Below, one piece after another: positions 52,980 through 64,000 of a DNA stretch of 64,000 nt. The DNA comes from Geosiphon pyriformis uo1 (lineage: Eukaryota; Fungi; Glomeromycota): positions 198,733 through 262,732 of the forward strand of contig JAAOMT010000261.1 in assembly GCA_016748015.1 (NCBI GenBank). Reading direction: 5' to 3'. How positions within the stretch are numbered: the first letter of the stretch is position 1; the number at the start of each line of letters is the position of its first letter. The notes under the pieces are model-generated. The model saw only the letters and a list, made by a program, of their open reading frames with translations. It had not been told where the DNA came from and searched no databases. The translations under genes were made by a program, and so were the position numbers.

Positions 52980-54420
52980 TATTTACAAACAAATAAATTA
53001 ATAAAATATAATAATTTATTATTTAAAACATTAATCAAATTAACAATATAAATCAAAAAAATATAATTTATTTATATTATTAGTTTTATTTATTTATTAA
53101 ATAATAAGACAAAATATTATTTTAATTAATATTATTAATAAAACCAAAAATACAAATATATTTAAATAAATTAATAACAAAAATAAAATTTGTAATTATG
53201 TTTTTAAAAAAACATATAACTTAATAAAAACATAAAAAATAGAAGTTAATAATAATATTATAATATTACAAAAAAATACAATATTAAAAATAAGATATTA
53301 TTATATTATATCAAAGTAAAAAAATAAAAAAATAAATTTTATTTTTACTAAATACTTAATAATAAAATTTACAAATTACAATTAAAAAACAAAGTTTTAA
53401 ATAAAATAATATATAATAATTACTTATATTATTTAAACTAATTAATTTTAATACAAATATTACAATTATGTATTTAAGTATTATTAATCAAATAAAATAA
53501 AATTCTATAAAATATAAAACTAATTATTATTATTAAATACAATATATATTAAAATTAATTATTTATACAAAACTAAATATATAAAAACTATTAAAACATA
53601 ATAAAAACTGACAATTAATTATAATAAAGCAAAAATTATTAATAATATTTACATAATTATACAATTATTATTTAAAATATTATAAGATAAAAAGTTAAAA
53701 TTATAAATAATTATAAATAACAAAAAATTAAATATAAAAATATTTAAATGTCTAAAAACAAAGATTTTAAAATAATTAAACCAGTTTTATCTTATAAAAT
53801 AAGAAAACAACAAAACAATTATATTAAAAAATAATTAAAAAATATTAAATAAACTTATTACAATAATATAAATAAAAAAAACTTATAACAATTTAAAATA
53901 ATTGAAAAAAAAATTTTTTATTAACATAATATTATTATAATATTAAATATTTAAATATAATTTAAAACAATATTTAAAAAAAAAAACAATTTAAGTATAT
54001 ATTATAAAGTTGTTTATTAATTATATATTAATTTTTAAAAATACAGTAAAATACTATTATATTTAGTTATAAAAATATTAAATTAAAAAAATAACAATTT
54101 AACAATTTAAAAAATATAAAAGCAATAATTAATATAATTATAAAACATAATTTAATAAATAATATTATAAATTTTTTTTGAATTTTAATAAAACTTAATT
54201 TTTTAAAAAAAATTATTCTAATTAAAATACAATAATTTTAAAGTTAACTAATTAGATATTAATAATATAAATAATATAATAATAATAAAAATGCCAAAAA
54301 ACCCAAATATAATAATAAAAAAATAATTAGTAATATTAAAATATTTTATATTATTAAAAAAATATATATATAAATATAAATAATAATAAATAAAAAAAAT
54401 AAACAAGAAAAAAATTATAA
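51850..54420. other. Extremely AT-rich tract, probably terminally decayed repeat; includes (TTA)n at ~52948-52976
   Basis: Very few G/C, no ORF in the supplied track. Confidence 0.5.
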
Positions 54421-54529
54421 ATAAAAAACTTCTTTTTTTCCTTCATCCAAAATTCTCAAAAAAGAGTCAAAAGTTTTTTCAAAAGAAGTTTTTTACCATT
54501 TAGTACAATAAATCAAAACTGTTCTTTGA

Positions 54530-56338
54530 TTACGAAGCCATTGTTGGCCCTGTTATTGCTGTTATAAAGAAGACTATTAAAGTTTCTGGTTCTGAGGATG
54601 GTTTCAAGGTGGTTGTATCGAGAAAGAAGAAGAAGAGAGGTGTATTGACAGAGGGTATTGATAATAAAGGAGTTGCTGCTGAAGCTCCTAGTGCTCATTC
54701 ATAGAGTTCTAAGACAGGTGACACTATTGAGTCTGAGAGTATTAACATGGAGGAAAAGTGCTTGGTTGAAGAAACCAGTGTTGACTATGGTGAGAGTAGT
54801 GCTTTTATGAAAGGGGATCCTAATCAAATGCTAAAAAATTTGCATGTAAAGACCAAAAAGATGTTAGGGAAGCCTCTGGGTGTGATTGATTATGGTAATA
54901 TCAATACAAATAATGATGTATTAAACAATTTCTTTCTTCTTCCATCTTCTCTACCTATTAAATCATCTGTACAAGTGCCTATTTGTAAATCTTTTGCTTT
55001 AGATATTAATCTTGTGGCTATTGCTGGGAAGTCTTCTCAAGAAAAATTGAGTTTTATTAAGAAAATTTTTTCAAGTGTGAATGGTTTTGGGAGGGCTTCT
55101 ACTCTCTCAAAATTTGGTGGAGTTATTCATGTGACTTTCACTTCAGAAAAGGCAATGATTGTGGTGTTGTGGTAAACACTGATCTTAAGCATCTGGTAAA
55201 CAATCATACAAATCAGAATATTGTGATTAAGGAGATTCCTGTTGATACATCGATTGAGACGGTGTGTGCAGTTGTTTCTGAATTTGGGGTTGTTGTGTTG
55301 ATCAAAATACAGTCGGTAAGACTGTGGCAAAAAGCAATTATCACTTTGGGAGATTTCGATCAGGCTGATTTGTTGGCATCCAAGTGGTTTATTCTTATTG
55401 AGAAAGATGCAGTCTGAGTGGCCAGAACTGATGTTGATAAACAGACTTGGAATTCTAGAGATGAGTTTAAGGCATTGTTTTACACTTTTCTTGTGGGAAC
55501 CAATGCACATGATCTTTGGGATTTTATTGGTTTAGTGAGTGAAAAAACATGTGTCATCAAGTGCAATTCAGTTAACTACACTCAGACACATTGCACCACA
55601 GTGTGTTTTGAGTTTGAAAGTAATCTGAATCAGGCTCTGGCCAACACTCCGGTGATAAAAGGTGTCAGTTTCCATTGGTTGTGCCTGTTTGCTGCCTTGT
55701 GTTCTTTTTGCAATTCTCTTGGTCACACATCTAGGAATTGTAAATCAGCTGGTGTGTTTTCAAGTCCGAAAGGCAAAAGGGCTCCTCTCTTGGCTCAGGA
55801 TTAGTTTAGATTGGTGAAAATTTATGAAAGAAAGTCTGCTCCTGTTTCTTGTCCTTTGGCTTTTGGTGAGAAAACTTGGGCATTAGTGGTTGGCTCTATT
55901 CTTTCAGGCACTTCTTTTGGATACAACTCTCAGCTTGGTTCCATTGAAAATAGTAAACCTTTCTTTCCAGTAGTGAATGATTTGGAAAAACATTTGGTTA
56001 GCATTGAAAGCAGTCTTGTTAGCCTCGTGGAACAAATTGGTAAGTTGGCTAAGAGGTTGAAATCATTCATGCTGACAGTTTCCCAGCTTAGCCCTGGATG
56101 TCAGCTGCCGGTAACCCTCCCATTGCAGAATCAAGGGGAGGATATAGTGATGGGAATGGGTTTGAGTGATGCCACTAGTGACAAGACTGCTGCCATTTCA
56201 GGTTCAACTGCCTTACCTGAGGTTGTGAAATTGGAAAACATGTTGGAAGGTCTCTCTGCTTTGGTCATGAGCCTATCAGCACACTTAGATGGTTTGGCTT
56301 TAGCAGGTGGTGCTTCTTCTTTACCTCTTTCTCAATGA
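54530..56338 (+). pseudogene. LINE ORF1 (RRM-like, CCHC knuckle, coiled coil)
   Basis: ORF fragments 54747-56338; CSFCNSLGHTSRNC; start approximate. Confidence 0.75.
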
Positions 56339-59300
56339 GTAGTCTGGTATAGAAAATTGCCATGTGTAATGTTCGTGGGTTGAACAATCCTACAAAGCAA
56401 GATGATGTCATTTGTTGGCACAAGGATATGAACAATTTGGTTTCTATTTTTATGGAGTCAAAGCTTAAAGGGAAAGTTTGCCCATGGTTGACCGACAAAT
56501 TTGATGGTGTTTGGGTTTTTACTTCTGGTCTGGATTCTGGTTCTATGGGTGCTGGTGTGTTAATCATCATAAATTCTTCTTTAGCAAAACATGTCTGCAA
56601 GATCTCTGAGGTGCCTGATTGGCTTCTATCTATCAAATTGCTTTTTAAAAATAAACTTTCAGTGTCTATTTTGGGGCTTTATGCTGGTGCTTCATCAGTG
56701 ATTTGGTTTTCTCAGGCTGGTAAAATCAACTCTCTTATTGCTAGAGCCATTAATGAGTCTTCTTTTGTCATCCTTGGTGGTGATTTTAATGAAGATAGTT
56801 TTCGAAAGTGTGCGAGTTTCAAAAAGTGCCTTGAGTTGGGGTTGGTTAACTTTTTGATTGGAAGCCTGACCATTAAAATGCTCACTTGGGCAAATTCTAG
56901 GGGTGTTATGAAAACTATTGATTATGTGTTTGTTTCACCAAATCTGGTCAATTCTTTGGTACATTGTGGTGTTTCAGACATTGGTGAATATTTTGATACA
57001 GACCACCAGGCTGTGTCTGTATCTATGGGCATGGGTGGTTTATTAGATACATGCTTGTTTTTTCTTCACAAACAGGTGAATAAAGATTGTTAGAAATTTG
57101 ATGTCAAAAATGCCAGTGAGGCTAAATGGCTTGAGTTTAAGAATACTATGGCTGCTAACACTACTATGTTATCAGGTGCATTTGGTGATGCTGTGAAGTT
57201 TTCTGATCTTGGTGCTATGTAAAACATCATTCGCAAGATCATGGTTATCTCAGCTAGTGGTGTTTTCAAGAAAAAATGATTCAAAGGTTTTGATATGGTT
57301 CGCAATAAAGTGTCATCTAGATTTCATAAGCTGGAGCTGTTGGTTTCCAAGCTGGTAAAGGCTTCTTGTTTGAGTTCTAGTGTCAGTTTTGCTTCGCTTT
57401 TGGGTACATAGGACAACCTTGACTCTGCTAGTGCTTCGATAGTAAGATCTATGTTTTTTTCTGGTGCTAAATTTGATGACATTTGTTCTGCTCTGGCCAA
57501 AGCAAAGAGATTATACTACTCTTCTAAATTGCTGGAGTCCAAGTGTGCTGAAGAATCTCATATTAGGCAGGCTATTACCAATAGGATAGAGAGTTTTGAG
57601 CTGGATAAGGGTTGTACAATCAGAAGTGTGTTGGAATGTCCCTTTTACAAAGTGGTTTTGGACCATCTGGTCATGAACAATAAGTTAGTTCTTGAACCTG
57701 ATTTGGTTAAGTCCAAAGTGGATGCTATCATTGAAGGATGGACCAGAAAGTGTGTAGTGGTTAATGATATTTCTAATACTTGGTCTCGTCAATACAAATT
57801 TTTGAACCATGTTTTTGATGATGTTTTTTCTGGGGTAATAAGTGAGATTGATTTTGATGAGTTGTATTGTGTGATTACCAGTCTTCCTGATGGAAAAGCT
57901 GCTGGTCTCTTGGACATCTCTAATGAACTTTGGAAATGTTGTGATAAGTCGGTTTTGGGTTTGCTTTTGGTTTTTTTGAATTCTTGTTTGTCTTGTGAGT
58001 CAGTGCCTAGTCCTTGGAAGGAGGCTTGAGTTTTGATGATTCCCAAATCTTATGAATGGGAGGGTGTTCTCATGAATACTCATCCTATTGTCTTGATCAA
58101 AACAGCTTGCAAGATTCTATTCAAGATTCTTTCAGATAGGATTTCACTGGCTTGCAGCTTATATGATGTTCTGCATGGTAACAATTTTTCAGTTTTAAAG
58201 GGTACAACAACTCAGTTTCTTATTTTTGCAGTTGGCTCGGTAATTAAGAATGCTTTGGAAAAAAACCAGGAACTTTGGCTTGTTCTGTAGGACATGCGGA
58301 AGGTGTATGATTTGGTTGGCTGGGAGCACCTTAAGAGGAGCTTGGTCAGAATCAAAATGTGTAATAAATTTGTTTGCTTTTTTGGTAATATTCATAGAGA
58401 CCAAACCAACTGTGTCATGACAGATTTTGGTTTGACCAATGGTTACCGAATGTTTGATGAGTTAGACCAAGGTGAAGTTTTTTCTCCTCTGCTATGGCAC
58501 ATATTTTATGATTCTCTTTTGTGTGAAGTCAAGCATCAAGAGAGTATATGTGGTTATAGGCTCAATTCTCATTTTGTTTCTGGGAGTGGTCACACTGAGT
58601 CTCAGGCTGGGCTTTCTACTTTTTTTGTTGCTGGTGCTTTTGTTGATAATACTATTTGGGTTGGTAGCAGTTAAACTGCTACTCAGCATATTCTCAACAT
58701 TGTTAATGAATTTTTTTGAGTCAATGACATTTCAATTAATAATGACAAAACTGTGGTCATTCCAATCAACAGCAGGGTTAGTGTTCTGTCTCTTTTTATT
58801 AGTGGTTTGCCTATTTCTGTTGTCTGTAGAGAGGAACCTCATCAGTATTTTGGTATCTTTTTGTCAACTGAGGGTCTTTCAAGGCTTAGCTTGACTAAAG
58901 CGCATTCAGACATTCATTTCTTTACTAATTTAGTTCTAAGGAAGGCAGTTTCAGATAAGCAGTTCTTGTATCTGGTGTCAGCAGTTCTCCACCTCATAAT
59001 CGGCTACAGAATGCAGTTTGGCTATGTTCCTGTTGGTGTATATAATAAATAGGATGCTATGATTTGCAAGGGCTTAAAGCTAAAAGCTGGTCTCCCAATG
59101 GACTTTCCTAGTAATACTATTTACCATCCTTTTTTTTATGGTTTAAAATTTTTTTCACAATGTCAATCTGAGAGTAAAGTAGCTTTGCTTATTAGTTTTG
59201 TGAACTCTGGCAGGATCTTGGGGCGTCTGTTTAGTCACAGGTTGCATGACTTACAGGTTCTGTGTTGGCAGCCCATTCATTCTTTGATCTTTCCTGTTTG

Positions 59301-61014
59301 TATTTGTATTAGTGTTTTTAATAATTTCTTGGCTGGTATGGTTCGCATTCTTCTTGATTGCAATTTGTCTTTGGGTGGCTCTTTGGCCAGTGCTTTTCAG
59401 TTTTGTAATGGAGCTCTTATGTCTGTCATTCTTGGTGAGTCTTTATTTTTCAAGTTTTTACTTTCTCTTTAGTGTTTTGGCATTGCCTTTGTGGATTAAT
59501 TTTGTAATCGTCATGGCATTGTTTTTAGCTGGTGTACTTTCAAGTGGTGGAAGAGGCTGGACCTTTGTGGCCCAGTTCTTAAATGGTTCAATCTTTCTGT
59601 TGCATTTCTTACGGCTTCTCATTCATCTTTCACAGTCTCAGTTGGTATTGGTCTTTTTAACTTTTATGAGTCTGATAATTTTGTGGTTGCTCATGGTCGT
59701 CTTTCCCAGATTGACATCGATAGTTTGTCTGTATATACGGATGGTTCTTTGAAGTATTTGGGCACAGCTGATTGTAGAGCTGGGACTGCCGTTTTTTTTG
59801 AGGACATTGATTTGGGTTTGGGTGTCAGTGTTCAGGGTTTAGTGTCATCTACTTTAGCAGAATTACAGGCTATAGTGTTGGCTTTGGAGTGCATGCCTGC
59901 AGCTTGTTCTGTTAATTTGTTTTCAGATAGTCAAGTGGCTTTAGACACTTGTAGGTCTGAGTTAAACCTGATGTGCCCTAACTTTCACAATCAATATTGG
60001 GTCGAGTGTCGGCATATTCAGAATGTTATCCACAGTAAGAATTTAAGAGTTAGTTGGCACAAAGTCAAGGGCCACTCCAGCATTTCGGAGAATAACCATA
60101 CTGATAGCATCACTGATGTTGCATCTCTATCTGGGTGGTATCTTTCTCCTTGCATGGATGAACACTTTTTGTTGGCAGATGGTAGTGTTGTTTCTGGTAA
60201 TTCTAGACACTTTGTTTGAGATGTTTGTCATGTGGTTTGTTGTGCATGCTGGGAGGTCAGTTTTAGTTCTGAATTTCTGGCTAGTAGTTTGTATTCAGAT
60301 GTTGACTGGCTCAGTTCTTTTAGGGTTTGGCACTCTAATTTGCATATGGCCGCTGGTTTCACTAGCAGGCTCACAGCTGATACTCGCACTTATTTTATGA
60401 AGACTTTGCACCATCAGCTTCCTGTGGCTGTCTGGAAGCACATTTATGATAAATGTTACTCTAGTGTCCTGTGTTTATATTGTGGTAAGGTGGAGGTTTC
60501 TGATCATGTGTTTTCTTGTGTGGCTGATGATTTGGCTTGTTGTCAGGTTCTGGAATCCTGCATGTTTTCTTGGAGGTCACTTTCTGGGCTCTCTCTTTTC
60601 TCTTTGGTTGTGTTGCAGTTTATGTTGATCTGTGCTTCAGATTTGCTAGTTTCCTCAGCTTTTTACAAGAGTTTTGTTTTCAATAAATGACTTCAGAAGA
60701 CTGTTACTGTCTTCCATAATTCCAAAGTTGCTGGTGTTAAAATTACTGATTTTATGTGCTCTCTATGCTCTGTTTTTAGAAATAATATTTGGTTGGTCTG
60801 TACCAAGCATCATGCTTTTATAGAAAAGAATGGCCTGATCCCAGCAGATGGATCAATTTCCATCCCAGTTTTTGGTTCAGTTTTGAGGTTGTCACCTGGT
60901 GTGATTAAATTGCTTGGTGTTACTGAAGCCTTTGGCATCTTTTTTGGCTTTCACAAGTCTTGTTCATTTTTTTCGGGTATTGGTGACATGGTTTCTGTTA
61001 ATATAGTTGCATAG
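56335..61014 (+). pseudogene. LINE ORF2 (AP endonuclease, RT, RNaseH, Cys-His finger)
   Basis: Successive fragments separated by stops derivable from TGG/CAG; ATG overlaps the ORF1 stop. Confidence 0.9.
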
Positions 61015-61321
61015 TGTTGTCTTAACTGGCTCAAGTGGCTGGTTACATGTGGTTAAGTACATAATTCACACCTAATTTAGATTATTTCATTGATGTATTG
61101 TTTTAGGTAGTGTTTGGATCTCACTTGTTAAATGTAATAAAAAAAAAATTATTTAATTATTTAATTATTAATTTGTATATTATTTTTATTTTTGTGTTAA
61201 AATTATTCTTAATAAAAATTTATAAATTTAATTAAATTCAAATTATTATAAAATTATTTATATTAATAATATAGCTCAAAAATTAAAACCAATAACTTTT
61301 AATTATAGTTATTAATAAAAT

Positions 61322-62231
61322 CATGCCTGTTAAGAGGTTGGATCTGGCTCAAAGGTTATTGATAAAGACATGATTGAGAATATGGATTAGGTTTATACTG
61401 CTTTAGTTTGGTACTCTAATTCACACATGACTGCTGGCTTTACCAGTAAGTTTACAGCTGGTTTACATTCATATTTTATAAAGACTCTGTACTATCATCT
61501 GCCAGTTGCCATTTAGAAGTGAATTTATAATAGGAGATATCCTAGTGTTTTGTGTTTTTATTATGAGAATGTAAAGAGTTCTGATTATTTTTTTGTGTGT
61601 TTATTTGATGTTGGAATTTGCAGTGACCTATTTAAGTTTTTTTCAGCTTGGTAGAGTGTTTTATTAGGTTTAGATCTGTCTTTATCTAGGGTTATACAGA
61701 TGTTTTTCTTGTGTGTTTCAGATAATAGTGTTTATTTGGCTTTGTGTAAAGGTTTTTGTTCAAAGATTAGTATGCAGAGGCTCTGTCTGTTTTTGGTGAT
61801 ACTAAGATTGCTGGTAAAATTATTGTGAAATTTGTTCAGGACTTGGGAGCAGCTCACCATATTAATATATAATTGATTTGAACCAAGTATAGAGCATTTA
61901 TAAAAAAGAAGGGCCTGATTGTATGTGATAAATTTTCATTGCCTGAAGTTCATGGTTTGTTATCTGAGCTTTTAGTTGAAGTTTTTAGATTGCTAAAAAT
62001 AACTAAGGCACTTGGTATTAGCTTTGGTTTCCATAGGCCCTGTTGTTTTTTTTTTGGTATAAGTAGTACAATATCTGTTAAGATAGATTTGTAGTGTTGC
62101 TTTGATTAATCCAAGTGGCTGGTCATATATGAAAAATACATGATTTGCGCCTAGTTTAGATCACTTAATCTAATATATTGTGCTAGGTAATATTTGGGTC
62201 TTACTTATTAAATATTAATAAAATAAAAAAA
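61322..62231 (+). mobile_element. 5'-truncated LINE copy (ORF2 C-terminus + 3' tail)
   Basis: Colinear with 60244-61148. Confidence 0.85.
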
Positions 62232-62269
62232 TATTGATTTTTTTTTTAATTTGCTATTTATTTATGGTT

Positions 62270-63176
62270 ATTAAAATTATATTTCAAGTAGATCTAAATG
62301 CTGCTGTATTTAAGACTGATATATCAAGGAAGTATTGTATTTGATGGGAAATTCTTAAAAATTGGCACTGTTTTTGGTGTTAAGATTTGGGTTATCTGGC
62401 TTTAAATTGTAAGATGTCTCTATTTCTTTCTCCTAAAATCTTTAAAACTTTTATTCCTTGTATTGTTAATGGCAAGTCTTATGTCAATACTACTGCTTTT
62501 GTGCCTTTTGTAATCTCTTGTCCTCTTATTGGTTTGGTTTTACCTGCTAATATATTTGCTGATAATTTTGTGGTTTCTTCTTGGTTGTTTTTTCTGGAGT
62601 CTAAGTTAACCAAGCTTTCTGATTTGGTTAATTCTATTGTTAAGTCTGTTGGTTTTATGGATAAATTATTTAAATAATTTGTTAATGGAGATTTAGTTTC
62701 AAGTAGTGCTTTTGACTTTAGAGTTAATAAAGTTTTAGTGCATATAAGTATCTTTAGCAAAGCTGTTAATAAGCTGGAATAAAAAGTGATTGCTTTGAAA
62801 ACTGAGTGTGGCTATAAGAACATTGATATGTTTGGTCTTCATCTAAGTTTGTCTTCTACTAATAATAATATGTTTTCTAACTTAATGTTACTTTGAGAAC
62901 ATAAATCTGCTGTTGTAAAGACTGATGCCTTTAAAATAGTTAAATGGCTGGTTGGATTGGTTAATAATAGTACTATATTGTTTAAAATTGTTCAAAGAAT
63001 GTCTTTTTTGGATAGGTTTTTTTTTAAGGCTTCAGCATAATATGCCCTTAATTGGTCCAAGTGACTAGTTACATGTAGAAAGTGCATGATTAATGCCTAG
63101 TTTAGATCACTTAGTTTGATATATTGTATTAGATGGCTTTTGGACTGCACTCATTAAGCAATTAATAAAAAAAAAA
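62270..63176 (+). mobile_element. 5'-truncated ORF1-only retroposon
   Basis: Decayed knuckle CFWC*DLGYLALNC (62368-62410), ORF stop at 63040 directly followed by the LINE 3' tail and A-run. Confidence 0.75.
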
Positions 63177-63533
63177 TTTATAATATTATAGATAGTTTGA
63201 TAAAAAATACATATTATAAGCTAAAATTAACTCAATTAAAATTGAATAATTAACCAAAAAAATAAAAAACACCAAAATAAATCTGCCAGAAAGTGCAAAA
63301 AAATCAAATTCAGAGTATTGAAAGCCATCAGATTAAAAATCTTTAGATCACTCAAAATCTTTAGATAAAACCAATATGTAATAGCACCAAATTATGGAAT
63401 AAGATTTAGTTGATAAACGTCACTCAATTCAAATTGTTTGCCTTCTCGAGTTTTTAATTGTGTTCCTAGGCCCCTAAGGGCTGAATAACTTGACCACATA
63501 CGTGCTTGACTCAAAAAAAAATCGGCTGATACC

Positions 63534-64000
63534 ATGAGGATTGCAACGTGGAACATCAATGGGATTCGATCCCTTATCAAATATCATCCGTAATTGGAGT
63601 GTCATTTGTAATTTTTTCTTTTAAAAATTTATTCAAATCTTTGAGTTTTCATTCTTTCAAATTTTCAAAATAGTTGGTGCGAGCATAAGAATTACCAGGT
63701 AGACGATATATTTCCAATGCTCTAAACTTTTTGCCATGATGCCCTTTCTCACATATTCATAATTAACAGAAAATATTAGAATCACTGGAAGCTGATATAA
63801 TTTGTTTTCAAGAAACCAAGACCACCATTGAGAGACTTGATTCAGATATTGCTCTAATTCCTGGTTATGATGCTTATTTCTCAATGACAAAAAACAATAC
63901 TGCATATTCTGGCGTAGTAACGTACGTGAAAAATGCTACCTTTACTCCCTCAAAGTCAGAAGAAGGTATATCAGGAATTCTCAATACAAAAAATTTCGAT
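63534..64000 (+). CDS. APN2: Class II AP endonuclease APN2/APE2 (5' part, two introns, runs off window)
   Basis: MRIATWNINGIRS..LEADIICFQETK..GYDAYFS..YSGVVTY..EEGISG. Confidence 0.9.

Larger units (their letters stand above)
54429..61148 (+). mobile_element. Full-length decayed LINE (ORF1 + APE-RT-RNaseH-zinc finger ORF2, poly(A))
   Basis: CNVRG, GGDFNE, IDYVFVS, TDHQAV; DMRKVYD, QGEVFSP, FVDN; YTDGS, SDSQ, KVKGHS; CLYC..H..C; AATAAA+A8. 5' boundary approximate. Confidence 0.92.

Noticed and set aside
63534-64000. APN2 as LINE endonuclease or as a uracil-repair cluster with the dUTPases
   Set aside because: It has introns and APN2-type motifs; proximity to abundant TEs is expected by chance.

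Overview
AT-rich eukaryotic DNA, most likely an early-diverging fungus (Glomeromycotina/Mucoromycota-like; inferred from intron-rich fungal genes and transposon style). Most of the window is retroelement. 1-38778 is a nested stack of four related Ty3/Gypsy LTR retrotransposons (E1-E4), two solo LTRs, a partial LTR and an internally deleted derivative, with TG..TAACA termini and 4-bp target duplications. The four elements share an unusual layout: one gag-protease-Cys-rich-dUTPase-degenerate dUTPase-RT-RNaseH frame that stops three codons after 'SRM', then integrase as a separate ORF with its own start, then (in E2 and E3, where the region is visible) a conserved third ORF before the PPT. 38992-44754 is a two-gene host island (uncharacterised KH-like protein; SOF1/DCAF13). 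45517-63176 holds a decayed full-length RNaseH-bearing LINE, a 5'-truncated copy, and three ORF1-only retroposons carrying the same ~130-nt 3' tail, two of them interrupted by solo LTRs. An APN2-like AP endonuclease gene starts at 63534. Repeats show heavy C>T/G>A decay that is not restricted to CpG. Several N-gaps create artefactual duplications and a chimeric ORF. All alignments and translations were done by eye; no searches were run.
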